A DNA stretch of 36,222 bases, filler included, from Rhabdomonas costata (GCA_019059605.1; 33 parts of 33 records of this genome joined end to end with filler, not necessarily neighbours in it), one strand, 5' to 3'. Positions 11,472 to 22,157 are shown, numbered from the whole stretch's first letter. Made by a program: numbers and translations. The notes: generated from the letters alone by a model not told the origin.

Positions 11472-11593
11472 GTGTGAAATATGTCTTTGGCTACTCCGGT
11501 GGGGCGATGCTCCCGGCCCTGGACGGCCTCTACGGCAGCTCTATTGAGTTTGTGCAGACGGCGAACGAGAGCAATGCGGGCCACATTGCGGAG
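11472..11593 (+). CDS. ilvB: Acetolactate synthase catalytic subunit, N-terminal TPP-binding domain, exon a
   Basis: GVKYVFGYSGGAMLPALDGLYGSSIEFVQTANESNAGHIAE; CAG acceptor, GTGAAG donor; splices in frame across intron 11594-11868. Confidence 0.92.
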
Positions 11594-11868
11594 GTGAAGT
11601 ACCGCTCTTTTGCTGCCTACTGGTTCCGTGGTGCACTGGACAGCCGCCCAGTGATAACATGATGCGCCGGGAAGCTTGCATGCGATGAACACGTTATCAG
11701 CATACTAATTATTAGCATGTTGCTTGTCTTGTTGGGTGACTGATTGGACCATGACAGCCCTTCCGAAGTGATTCGTCCAGCCCCTTTGAAAGAAAAGCCC
11801 ATTGTCAAGGTTGAGCAGGGGAGGGACGAGGAATTGTAGTGGGCAACGTGTCCACTCCCCCACCCCAG

Positions 11869-11992
11869 GGTTATGCGAAGTCGACGGGGAAGTGTGGGCT
11901 GATTATGACCACGTCGGGCCCCGGAACGACCAACCTGATCACCCCCCTGCAGGACGCCATGAACGACTCTGTGCCTCTAATTGCTTTCACGG
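11869..11992 (+). CDS. ilvB: Acetolactate synthase catalytic subunit, exon b
   Basis: [42 protein letters not shown] matches the AHAS GYA..TG.....TSGPG.TN......DA..DS.P....TG motif; CCCCAG acceptor, GTATGC donor. Confidence 0.95.
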
Positions 11993-12840
11993 GTATGCCA
12001 CACAAACNNNNNNNNNNNNNNNNNNNNNNNNNNNNNNNNNNNNNNNNNNNNTTAATTAATTAANNNNNNNNNNNNNNNNNNNNNNNNNNNNNNNNNNNNN
12101 NNNNNNNTGCGTGGACCGCGGTCCTCAGTGCCCTCTCCAAACGCAACCCTTGATCCTTGTTCTGGCTCTTTGCTGACGTAGAGGTGTTGCAGCGCGCTTT
12201 CTTCTCATCTGTCCTTAGTCCTGCCAGGACATCTTTCACTGCGGCGCCATTTGCCATTCGATCTAGCACTTCCTGATCTTTTGTTCACGAACATTCGATT
12301 CTGGTCCTGCATCCGATTCAGCTCCCTGCCACACGCGCTGCACGCTGAAGGTATTCCCGCTTACGGTTCCAGTGTGCTCGAGTGCAGTCTCGTGCTCGCC
12401 CCGTGCTTGCGATATTCAGTCCCCGTGGCCACCAAGTTTGTAATCGGTTGGCCCATTCCCCTTCGGCTGGGCGGCCCGACCGTGGAAGTTCTGATATCCT
12501 CTCCCTTTGCACTGCGGAAACTGTTCGACGGGCCAGATCACCCACTCCAATGGTTCCATCAACCCCCGAATCTTTCCACTGCGGGACTCGCTCTCCATCT
12601 CCTCTTCTCCATCGCGCATGGATTGCCCTAATCTCCAACCAGGCCTTCCTCAGATGTTGTTTCCGGGGTCCCTCCAACCAGATCCGCCTGGAGAGATCTC
12701 TACATTGCATCCAGGTCCACTGCTTCTCTCCGCCTCGACTTGGATACTTTCTCCAGCAATCTGACTGCCTTCAAGGGTATGGGAGCCTGCGATCTGGACT
12801 TTGTGCTGCGTGGACAGCACCCCCCCAAAGAATGGGGGTT

Positions 12841-12891
12841 CAAACGCGCTTTATGCACTTGGCCGGGACGACTTTTTTCTGGGGAAGACTC
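12841..12891 (+). repeat. Short dispersed motif B, copy 1
   Basis: CAAAC...CTTTATGCACTTGGCCGGGACGACTTTTTTCTGGGGAAGACTC aligns with 31504-31560. Confidence 0.7.
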
Positions 12892-12944
12892 GCGTTTCTC
12901 TTCCCCCACCCTTGACACACACACACACACAGAGGGCGGCACAC

Positions 12945-13074
12945 CATGCGGCAGTTGATCAGCACTTGCTGCCCCGCGGCGCGGATGCTGTCGACCCACG
13001 CCAGGGCGGCGTCCATCTCCGGGCTGGGGCAGATCCGCTGCGTCGGGGTGTCCTCCCAGTGCACATGCATCACT
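12945..13074 (-). CDS. Dual-specificity protein phosphatase exon, partial
   Basis: VMHVHWEDTPTQRICPSPEMDAALAWVDSIRAAGQQVLINCRM then GTGTGC donor; matches DSP general-acid Asp loop through VLV(H)C; 5' side lost in a fold-back. Confidence 0.8.
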
Positions 13075-13100
13075 CTGCGGGGCAGCAAGTGCTGATCAAC
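12954..13100. repeat. Contig-terminal fold-back inverted repeat (artefact)
   Basis: Perfect 24-bp arms 12954-12977 and 13077-13100; the arm duplicates phosphatase coding sequence. Confidence 0.9.
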
Positions 13101-13210
13101 AACCACANNNNNNNNNNNNNNNNNNNNNNNNNNNNNNNNNNNNNNNNNNNNTTAATTAATTAANNNNNNNNNNNNNNNNNNNNNNNNNNNNNNNNNNNNN
13201 NNNNNNNGGT

Positions 13211-13298
13211 GTGTGGGGGAGGTATTTTCAACATGTATTTTTCATAGCAGGAATAACCTGAAGCTGAAAAATAAATGTTGAAAATACCTCCCCCACAC
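13211..13298. repeat. Contig-terminal fold-back inverted repeat
   Basis: 34-bp arms 13211-13244 and 13265-13298, one mismatch. Confidence 0.85.
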
Positions 13299-13481
13299 GG
13301 TTATGGGCCCACGTTCTAGTTTTCCAACAACTGCCATTCTCTCAAGGGACATATTCAGGTTTCGCAAGCAAATTCTCGAGGGTACATGTAGTTAAAGTTA
13401 AAGTACACACAGAAGAGGTCCAAAACCTTTCAAGCTGAGATCGTAAGGACCGATGCAAAAAAAAAATAGGCGCACTATAGT

Positions 13482-14170
13482 TCAGGAAACTGTACTTTGG
13501 GAAACACTTCGGCCTGCCACGGGCTCCATTCTCAGCAGTCCCAGAAGGTGCCCAGCCAACTCCAAACCAGTCAACCGCATGGCCACCTCCACGGCGTCCG
13601 GGGTACTAAATTTGACAAAGGCGTAGGATCTCCCCTCCTCCAGATGAGCCCCTACCACCGGCAAATCCCCAAACAGTGCCACCACGTCGTCTTCCTCACT
13701 GCCCTCAGGCAGGTTTGCCACCACCGCGCCGCACCCATCCGCAGCCCACAGCTGGTACACCTCTCCACTGGGGTCCAGGTCAGGAGGCATCTCAGCCTCG
13801 GAGCTGAGCCTTTGCCTCTTCTCGGGTGGCTCCCCAGCCAACCGCGAAGCCTGCAACGAATAGGATTGACTCACAACCCGGCACCTGCCCGTGGCTTTCA
13901 GAGCGAAGACAAAAGTCTTTGCACCCACAATGGCGGCACTGCAGTCGCGGTTGGTGTGGCGGTGTTGGTACCCGGGGTACGCAGCTGGTTGGAAGCTGCA
14001 CTCCTCCACCCACACCAGGTGCCCCTCACTTTCCGCCATCTCCACGATTTTCCACTCTTGGTACGGCCATCCCGTCTTCATCGTGACATGGATCTCACCA
14101 GTCGGGGCAAGCTTCTTTGTGACGTTTTTGAAGAAGGTTGCCAGGAGCTGGCGGTTGCTCTCGATGGAGT
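13482..14170 (-). CDS. BMT5: Terminal exon: 25S rRNA (uridine-N3)-methyltransferase BMT5-like (DUF2431) C-terminal half fused to an RRM
   Basis: TTTTTCGCAG acceptor; SIESNRQLLATFFKNVTKKLAPTGEIHVTMKTGWPYQEWKIVEMA...SFQPAAYPGYQHRHT is DUF2431-like; later AVVANLP (RNP2) and RSYAFVKF (RNP1); TGA at 13482-13484. Confidence 0.85.
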
Positions 14171-14691
14171 CTGCGAAAAAGGAATTCGCTGGAAATAACC
14201 CAAAACANNNNNNNNNNNNNNNNNNNNNNNNNNNNNNNNNNNNNNNNNNNNTTAATTAATTAANNNNNNNNNNNNNNNNNNNNNNNNNNNNNNNNNNNNN
14301 NNNNNNNGTTTTGCGGTGACCACCACCCTGGAACCCGTTCACCGCAAAACTCATTTCAAAAGACACACTGGGGTATCCAGTCTGCAGAATTCTGCAGAAA
14401 TCACAGACAAGGCCAAAGACAGGCTTTGCTTTGCGCTTTCCTTTCGAGTAAACAATATCAACCAAGACAACAAGCAACAGCAAAACTTCTCAAAGGCCTC
14501 GCTCTGCACAAAAAACTGCGCGAAGGCACCAGTTTCGTTTCATTCCAGCCGGTTCATTGGAACATTGGAAGGAAACGCGTCGATAATCGGGCGCTCTCTG
14601 GGGGCCAGCTCCTCGTCAACACCGTCTCCTCTCGTTCGCCGTCAACCGTAAGAACAGAACACGCAAAGAATCTGCAACCACATAGCCACAC

Positions 14692-15002
14692 CTGGGCCTC
14701 CGCGGCGGCCAGAGTGGAGCAAGTCTGGCGAAGCTCCACCAGGTCGGCATGGGTCGAGGTCAGCCACGGCACGGCTTCCAACGCGCGCAGAGCCTCAGGG
14801 AACATCGCGCAGTGGAACAGCGCTAGCACCGCGCTGTACTGCAGGTGAGCTTCCCGAGCAAACAGGGGGCTGGCCAGGTACTTTCGCATGCACTCCACAA
14901 TGCCCGCCCAGTTCCCTGCGCCCACCAGCATTCACGCACATACAAGCAGTGCGAGCGACCCTCCAGGTTGAAGAAGAACATCATATGCCTCCTTAAAGTC
15001 AG
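14692..15002 (-). CDS. Helical/TPR-like protein fragment; exons 15002-14960 and 14915-14692 around a 44-nt GT-AG intron
   Basis: Splices to LTLRRHMMFFFNLEG-NWAGIVECMRKYLASPLFAREAHLQYSAVLALFHCAMFPEALRALEAV...AEAQ, then GTGTGG donor. Confidence 0.55.
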
Positions 15003-17784
15003 CTGAATTAAAATCCAATCCGACGAAGATAACCATCCGAATGTGCATCACATACTTTTCGTCGAGAGCAGAGGAGAGACGGGATCCCCTCCCCTGCCCT
15101 CACCCCGGAGCACAGTCCGAGGTTCATTTTCGAAGGGCATCATTTGAAAAGCTAGAAAATGATGGTGCGCGATGCCACCCCAGCATTCTTTTGTATGAGA
15201 TACTGCGCTTACGACGGACAGCAATCCCCTGGAGCATAAAGGGAACGAAGGGAACTGTGGTCTCCTTTAACAGAAGGGCACGGACCACTGTATTTCACCA
15301 CAACCACNNNNNNNNNNNNNNNNNNNNNNNNNNNNNNNNNNNNNNNNNNNNTTAATTAATTAANNNNNNNNNNNNNNNNNNNNNNNNNNNNNNNNNNNNN
15401 NNNNNNNGTTGTTTTGGCCCACAGAAGAGGGTCGGCTTCTTGTTGCCTTATCCGCGGCGCATGCTCAATCAGCAGCTGCTCTGTGGAGCATTCGGTTGCA
15501 GGCCCATGTAACCCACCCACCCGCAATCAAGCATCACAATAACATTGAACGAATGCGATATATCAGAGATTTGACATCTGCTCGCAAAAATTTGATCGAG
15601 CGAAAACATGTTCATATAAGGGATGGTTTCCAGGACAACATTTGCAAGAAACAAGTGTGGGGAAGGCTTCTGTGCAGTCCCAGTTCCCAAGTTCGGATGT
15701 ACATATTGTCGTTATTATGCTAAAGCCTAACAACTAACAACTGCTTCACCAACACTCGGAAGGCAACCGAACAGGTGATATGAGATAAGTCAATAAATGG
15801 CAATGTCTTCACAAGCACATGAGAGCGAGAGACGTCCGCGGGATACCTTGAAGGGCTTGCAGGGTGACCTCCGAGGAAGGCAGAGCGGAGGTGTTCGGGG
15901 ACTTTGCGAAGTCCTCCTCCGTCAGGAACCGCACAAAGCACAGCTGCGACAACACCCACGCCCCCCTTTGCTCATCCTCGGCTTGCTGAGGCCCATACTA
16001 AGATGGACATCCAGCGAACCTTTCCGCGACCTCGGCGTTGCCATAGTCGCTTAGTATTTCCCCACTTTCTGTAAGTGGACACATTTTACGAGGCTTGACT
16101 TTCTACCCAAGCCATTGTCTCAATGAAAAACGTGCGACTCTTGGATTCCCATTTGGAGTGGCTCGGACGTGACGGAACCCGCTTTGTTCCCATCTTTCCG
16201 AAGATAACAATTTCTTTCCAGGCTACAAAATGTCGGAGTTGTACAGCACTTGTACAGCACAACAATTCACAGAGTACTTCAGCACAGGTGCCAAGAGGAC
16301 CATCGTGATTGAGCATCATGACGAGCCAGGCATTTCCACAAAAGCCACAACAGTCCAGACGTGGAGTCTGAGGGTCCTCCCGAAAGGGACACACCTTCAA
16401 CCACACANNNNNNNNNNNNNNNNNNNNNNNNNNNNNNNNNNNNNNNNNNNNTTAATTAATTAANNNNNNNNNNNNNNNNNNNNNNNNNNNNNNNNNNNNN
16501 NNNNNNNTTGTGGGCAGGGTGTAAACTCTCGATTTACGGTGTTGCTTGCTATAGTTGGTTATCACTTTGCAGTGTTCGACCGATGTGTGCGGGTACACCG
16601 CCAAAACTTTTTCCACACATGCAAACACACACGCACACACAGCTGAGGGAGCGGAGGGGCTGCTGCCCAACGCTATGGACCTCTCCGCCATCTCTGCGGG
16701 TCCAACACCCTCCCCAGGTGCCTGTATGTGTGTGACTGTCGGCAAGGTTCCCAAGGTTGCCTGCAAGAGTTCAGTTGTTCTGTGTCGTAAGTAACGTTGT
16801 GCTGAGAGGATCGCAGCTCCCCGGTCTGGTCCATTCCATCGAAGAGCAGAGTGCAACAGTGACAGAGAGGGCAGGGGGGCTTGGGCAACCTCAACAAATG
16901 CAGCGCAAGGGGAAAGGGAGGTGTTGCGACGGGTGGTACGAAATAGTGAATTGGTCGCAGAATGGCCTGGACAGGACGATGGGATATGGTGTTTTCTCTT
17001 TTGCAGCTCCTGAGCCTTTGCTTCTTCCTGGAGCGACGGGGAGTTACTCTTCCCGAGACCCATTCAACCTTGATTAAAGCTGGCATATGTACATGGGATG
17101 GGGGCAAGCACCTCGTGTGAGTTGTACAGAGTCGCGCTGCTTCCGCAGGCTTTCTGCGGATGTACATTTCGCTGTGAATGTCGGAGTGAAGCGCGCGGGA
17201 TGGCGTGCAGGTAGGTTTATAGAGTTTCTGATCTCTCAGAATTGTAACATGTAGCCGCCGGTGTTTGCTGCGTGTGTGTGCTTTATGTTTTTGCGGGGTT
17301 TTTGGGAGGGTCTTTTTGGGGTGACGGTGTCCAGAAATCTGTGCAGTGTGAATAGATTTTCTGGGGGTGTCTTTGTTCGCGCGACTCACGCTCACCACCC
17401 ACCGAAGCTTTTTTGCAACGTACTCACGCTTTGTCCTTCGTGTAGCAGCTTTTTAGCGTCCATTCCGAACATCGTCAATTGCTCAGGGAATTATTCACAA
17501 CCACAAANNNNNNNNNNNNNNNNNNNNNNNNNNNNNNNNNNNNNNNNNNNNTTAATTAATTAANNNNNNNNNNNNNNNNNNNNNNNNNNNNNNNNNNNNN
17601 NNNNNNNGCATTAGAAGCGGGCTATATTTATGTTTATGTTTGGTGGCCCACTGGGTTTTTGCTGACTGCAGGTCTTTCAAGGACAAGGCAGTTTTCTCGT
17701 CACAGACACTGCAAAGGTGTTTATACAAATTGCCCTTTTTTACCTTCTTGTATTCTCCCATGGTTTCTTTTGACTCAATCTCAG

Positions 17785-18018
17785 GTTGAGCTGTACCTCG
17801 CTGGGGTGCAGGCCACGGACCCCAAGACTGGCGCCAGCGCTGTTCATGCTGCGTGCGAGGCACGTTCGCTGGCCTCGCTGTGTATGGTGCTGAAGGCCGG
17901 CTGCCCTGTGGACGCGAAGGACAAAATGGGCCGCACCGCCCTTCACCTCTGCGGGGAGATGGGTTGGGTGGATGGCCTAGGGTTTCTCCTGAAGACGCAG
18001 GCCAGCGTAAATGCCCAG
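17785..18018 (+). CDS. Ankyrin-repeat protein exon
   Basis: TGASAVHAAC...LKAGCPVDAKDKMGRTALHLCGEMGWVDGLGFLLKTQASVNAQ gives two ankyrin repeats; CTCAG acceptor, GTATGC donor. Confidence 0.92.
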
Positions 18019-19018
18019 GTATGCGTGGCCAGGGGCTCGCACCGTTGGTTTAGCGGAAGACTGATTTCGACTTATGCATAAGTCAGTAGCTGACACACAT
18101 GGCTTGCTGGGATACTACCACTGTGCAAACTAACAGTAACCCTTCTTTCTGCCGGGGCAACAAGATACACGGAACTGGAAAACACTCCAAAGTTAATCAC
18201 AGGCTTCTCTAATATCAAACGTTGTTGTCGTGTCAGCTTCAATTGCTTGTGTCTACCCTGTAGTTTTCTAAGCAGCCCCCGAAACTCAGTAGGCTCCGCA
18301 GGCACACCTGCAAAGTTACTAAAGGCATTTCTCAGCCCGTGTAAGCTCAGAAAGGCCTCAACCAAGTCATCAAGAAGTCATCAAGAAATCCGCTCTATGG
18401 TCGAGATATGAATTCACTGTCACGCTGATCGGAAACTCTTTTGGGAGTAAGAGGACGTCCTCCTCGGAGGTTACAGCACCTTTCAGCTTTGGGCACGGAA
18501 ACGGGCAAAGGTCGCCTCGCCTGTGGAGACTGCACTGGGGAAAGTGGTGGTGGGTATGGTGAATCTGAGTTTGTGGACAATCAGTCGTTTCGGGTTTCCC
18601 AACCACANNNNNNNNNNNNNNNNNNNNNNNNNNNNNNNNNNNNNNNNNNNNTTAATTAATTAANNNNNNNNNNNNNNNNNNNNNNNNNNNNNNNNNNNNN
18701 NNNNNNNTTGTTTTTGGTATGTCTTGGATCTATACAGTGGTTTGTATGTGGTTTCGAATGAATGTGATTCATCTCATGGGCATCTCATGCCTGCAGTGTT
18801 TTCCAGGCTGAATGCGAACAGTTTGTTGTCATGTGCGTTCAAGGTTTTTGGTGTGACCCCCTAAATGGAGTGCTACAATTGCCTTTCTCCCTCTCGACCG
18901 GAGTTTGAGGTGGGGTGCAATGGCATGATAGTATAGTCAGTATCTGTATGTGGTGAGCTGCTTTTGGTTTGGCGTAACGTGCCGTGGTGCTGTCGTGTTT
19001 CCCTTTTTTGCGTTTTAG

Positions 19019-19194
19019 AGGACAAGTCACTGATCACTGTCCTGTCGGAAACCAAACGAACGGTGCATGAGGTCGCGGAGAAGCTGAAGTCCGCTGAGGA
19101 GACTGAAACAAAGATTGACCACGCCCGGGAGGAATTCCGGCCTGTGGCGAGGCAAGGCAGCATCCTCTACTTCGTCTTGACTGAGCTGGCACAG
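19019..19194 (+). CDS. Axonemal dynein heavy chain exon (outer-arm gamma / DNAH5-8-like, strut region after AAA5)
   Basis: EDKSLITVLSETKRTVHEVAEKLKSAEETETKIDHAREEFRPVARQGSILYFVLTELAQ contains the conserved REE(Y/F)RPVA.RGS.LYF motif; TTTTAG acceptor, GTATAC donor. Confidence 0.95.
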
Positions 19195-19620
19195 GTATAC
19201 GTCAAAAATCCTTTGGCTTCACTTCTTGTTTTGAGAAATTCCAATGCCTGGGCTTGCATTTGGAGCGGGAGCATTCGAGGTAAAATTGAAAGGAGAGCCT
19301 TTTTGTTATGTTTTCCTTATTGGAACCCCTCAAACATGTGGGAGCGGTTTTATGCCACCCCCCAAAAAATTGTTTCCGGCGTAATCGAAGGCTGGAGCTA
19401 GTTGGCAGATTCTGCATTTTAGGAAAAAATTTAGACCGGAAGTTCCTCATTTGGCTCTCTCATTCGGCGCGGTGCCAGTAAGTTTGTGTATGCACGTGCG
19501 CACACACAAACTTACTCAAACACGCGTGACCACATAATTGCCCTCTGTGTTTACTCTGCCTGAACAGTGGCATCGCTAAACTCCGGTAACCGCAGCGTGT
19601 GCTCTTTTGGGAGCTTGGTA

Positions 19621-19696
19621 GGGCTGCCCTCAATCAAAAAAGAGGAACGGCACTGCGAGCGGGGCAGTCCCGCGCCTTTTTGATTGAGGGCAGCCC
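19621..19696. repeat. Contig-terminal fold-back inverted repeat
   Basis: 20-bp arms GGGCTGCCCTCAATCAAAAA / TTTTTGATTGAGGGCAGCCC. Confidence 0.8.
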
Positions 19697-19841
19697 CACC
19701 AACCCCCNNNNNNNNNNNNNNNNNNNNNNNNNNNNNNNNNNNNNNNNNNNNTTAATTAATTAANNNNNNNNNNNNNNNNNNNNNNNNNNNNNNNNNNNNN
19801 NNNNNNNGTGTTGGGTGTGTGTGGGGGTTGTGGGCGCTCAC

Positions 19842-19851
19842 CTTGACATGA
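19842..19851 (-). CDS. Candidate 10-nt micro-exon of the DEAH helicase gene
   Basis: Minus strand reads pyrimidine tract-CTCAAG | TCATGTCAAG | GTGAGC; frame stays open after the phase-1 exon ending at 19941. Confidence 0.45.
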
Positions 19852-19940
19852 CTTGAGAGAGGCACGGGAAGGAAGCGAAGTGCGGTTGCGTGTGTGTGTG
19901 TGTGTGGGTGTGTGTGCGCGCGCGCGCGCGGACTCTTTAC

Positions 19941-20081
19941 CCTTTGTGACGGGCAGTGGGGCGATCTCCTTGACCTCCGTGATCACGAAAGGCTTCTTCA
20001 GCGCCGTCTGCAGCCGGGGCAGCACGGCCTGCAGCGCCTGAGCTGCGCTAGAGGCCGTGGCCTCGCGGAGCTCACTAAGCT
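19941..20081 (-). CDS. Probable downstream exon of the DEAH helicase gene (acceptor ambiguous, 20074-20081)
   Basis: ELREATASSAAQALQAVLPRLQTALKKPFVITEVKEIAPLPVTK, GC-rich third positions, GTAAAG donor. Confidence 0.55.
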
Positions 20082-20358
20082 CTGCCCAAATACACACACA
20101 GCACCACCCTGCCCCTTCTGAGCGTCGTGCACACGGAGAGAGATGCACATCACCACAAAAAAGAACACTGCATATCATCAAATGCAACTTTACACGAGGG
20201 TCAACCTACAGTTTGTTTGATCAAACGCACACCTTTATCACATCGGATTTTGTCACACGGCTGATGGATGCGGCTGCGGAAGGGGGCGGGAGGTCACCTC
20301 TCACCTCACATACACACCCTGAGCGAGCACAGAGTGACAGTCCATAGGCTGGCCTGAC

Positions 20359-20548
20359 CCCGGCACCGCGTCCTGCAAATGGTTTAGCTCAAACCCTGTC
20401 CACCGCAGGGCGTCCTCCAGGTAGTAATCCTTCACCGCGAACTGCCGGCCTTCGGCACTGACGAAGGGCACCCCGGAGCGCCCCCCACAGACCTCCGCGA
20501 AGTATTCACAGAAGGCCTCCGCCTGCAGCGTGGCACTCATAAGGATCA
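20359..20548 (-). CDS. DEAH/RHA RNA helicase exon (motif III region; DHX36/57/29-like group)
   Basis: ILMSATLQAEAFCEYF...EGRQFAVKDYYLEDALRWTGF matches LMSAT...F..YF...GR.FPV...YLED; pyrimidine tract and TAG acceptor; donor at 20366 or 20358. Confidence 0.92.
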
Positions 20549-21036
20549 CTATTGAGAGGAGGGGGAGAGGACCAAAGACGTCTGCAAGAAAATTTCTAAT
20601 CAAATCGATTTGATTGCCGCTCTCACTAATCCAATTGCCCTTGGTCAGCCAGAATGGCAGTTGTGATGTCTTTTGGGGTGCTAAATGGTTTCGAATTGTC
20701 GGAATAGGACAGCACTGCGGCAGAAAGCCAGGACCGCGGCAGCAGAGCTCGTCACGGATATACAAAAACAGATCTAACACCCCTTTACACTGAAAACTGT
20801 CCCCAAANNNNNNNNNNNNNNNNNNNNNNNNNNNNNNNNNNNNNNNNNNNNTTAATTAATTAANNNNNNNNNNNNNNNNNNNNNNNNNNNNNNNNNNNNN
20901 NNNNNNNGTGTGTGGTTAGCAGCGCCTGCTTTTATTTTTTGTAGTTCCTACTCGCTTAAAGCAAATAGTATCTCTTCACCAAGCAATGCCTGTCGTGATG
21001 CATGGTGCGTGCGCTTGACTGTGTGATTGCAGGCAG

Positions 21037-21289
21037 GAGTTCCGTGGGTCTGCTGGGGTTCCTGGGACGCTAACCGTGCACAAGCGGGACCGCTTCCTCA
21101 ACCGAATTAACGCGGACATCTTCAACCGTACCGAGTCTGGCGCCGTTTTTGACGTGCGCTGTGAGGACGCCGCGCTGAAGCTCACCTCGGCCACCACCAC
21201 GGACGGCAGCACCTTCACCATCGGCTACACCGCGACGAAGAGCGGGACGTATATCCTGTGGCTGTGGCTGGGAACCGAGAAGCTCGACG
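21037..21289 (+). CDS. Filamin/ABP280-type Ig-like repeat exon
   Basis: AGVPGTLTVHKRDRFLNR...DGSTFTIGYTATKSGTYILWLWLGTEKLDG fits the filamin repeat (AG...V..RD.FGN...DG.Y.V.Y.....G.Y); CAG acceptor, GTGCGC donor (or read-through to the stop at 21315). Confidence 0.8.
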
Positions 21290-22009
21290 GTGCGCCTCCG
21301 CGGCTCATTCTCTGACTTTCCCTCCATTTTCTTGGGGCAAGAGGTCATTTTTGGCTCGAATCTGTCTTGCTATCATTCGAATAAAAAATAAAAATTCCAA
21401 AAAATTAAAAGGGGTGGAATTCATGGTTTTGATACCCCCGTGACTGTTTCAGAAACTCAGGTTTTACAATAACCCTCCCCCCCCCGGCTCGTCGTATCTT
21501 TGTTTCGTTCGTATCTGTGGTCATTGGTCCGGTGTTGTCACACAGAGGCGAGAGCAAACGTTGAAAAGGGGATTCGTCAACACGTTGTTTGCATGCTTGG
21601 AGTTCCACCTACGGTGATTGTTTGCAGGGGGACCATTCTCATCGGGGCAAGGTGATGGAGGTTTCTTTTGAGAGAGAAAGTTACAAGCTGTGTAACTTGA
21701 TTCTTGTTTCTGGTATCCCTGGTTTCCTCCCTGTCATCCATCCTTGCTACCTGTAAGATATTGTCCCACCAACATCTTTTCTTTGTACCCTGTGAACTAC
21801 TGTGAACTGGTGTGCACTTTGAAAGCAACCCCATTTGGGAGAAAGGTATAGCAGACTAAACCATAAATCAAGAGTTTACAACCTTGCGTACTCACCAAGA
21901 GACAGCANNNNNNNNNNNNNNNNNNNNNNNNNNNNNNNNNNNNNNNNNNNNTTAATTAATTAANNNNNNNNNNNNNNNNNNNNNNNNNNNNNNNNNNNNN
22001 NNNNNNNTT

Positions 22010-22157
22010 TTGTTTGGGCATTCAGTTATGTGTTTGGGCACTGTGGATGGGACTTGGAAAGTCGAGTCTGCCCAACTCACAATGAAAACGAGCAGGCAGA
22101 CTCGACTTTCCAAGTCCCATCCACAGTGCCCAAACACATAACTGAATGCCTAAACAA
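22010..22157. repeat. Contig-terminal fold-back inverted repeat
   Basis: 63-bp arms 22010-22072 and 22095-22157, with one mismatch near the outer end. Confidence 0.9.

Noticed and set aside
12108..12780. Integrase-like words (LRTDE...LERALRT) on the minus strand
   Set aside because: D-E spacing is about 24 rather than 35 and frames are broken; possibly decayed transposon but unsupported.
15990..16035. DIQRTFP resembling a TBC Rab-GAP motif
   Set aside because: Flanks lack TBC conservation and no exon boundaries support that frame.
16508..17507. Overlapping 200-240 aa ORFs
   Set aside because: No domain, ambiguous strand, and the ORFs run through microsatellite-like sequence.
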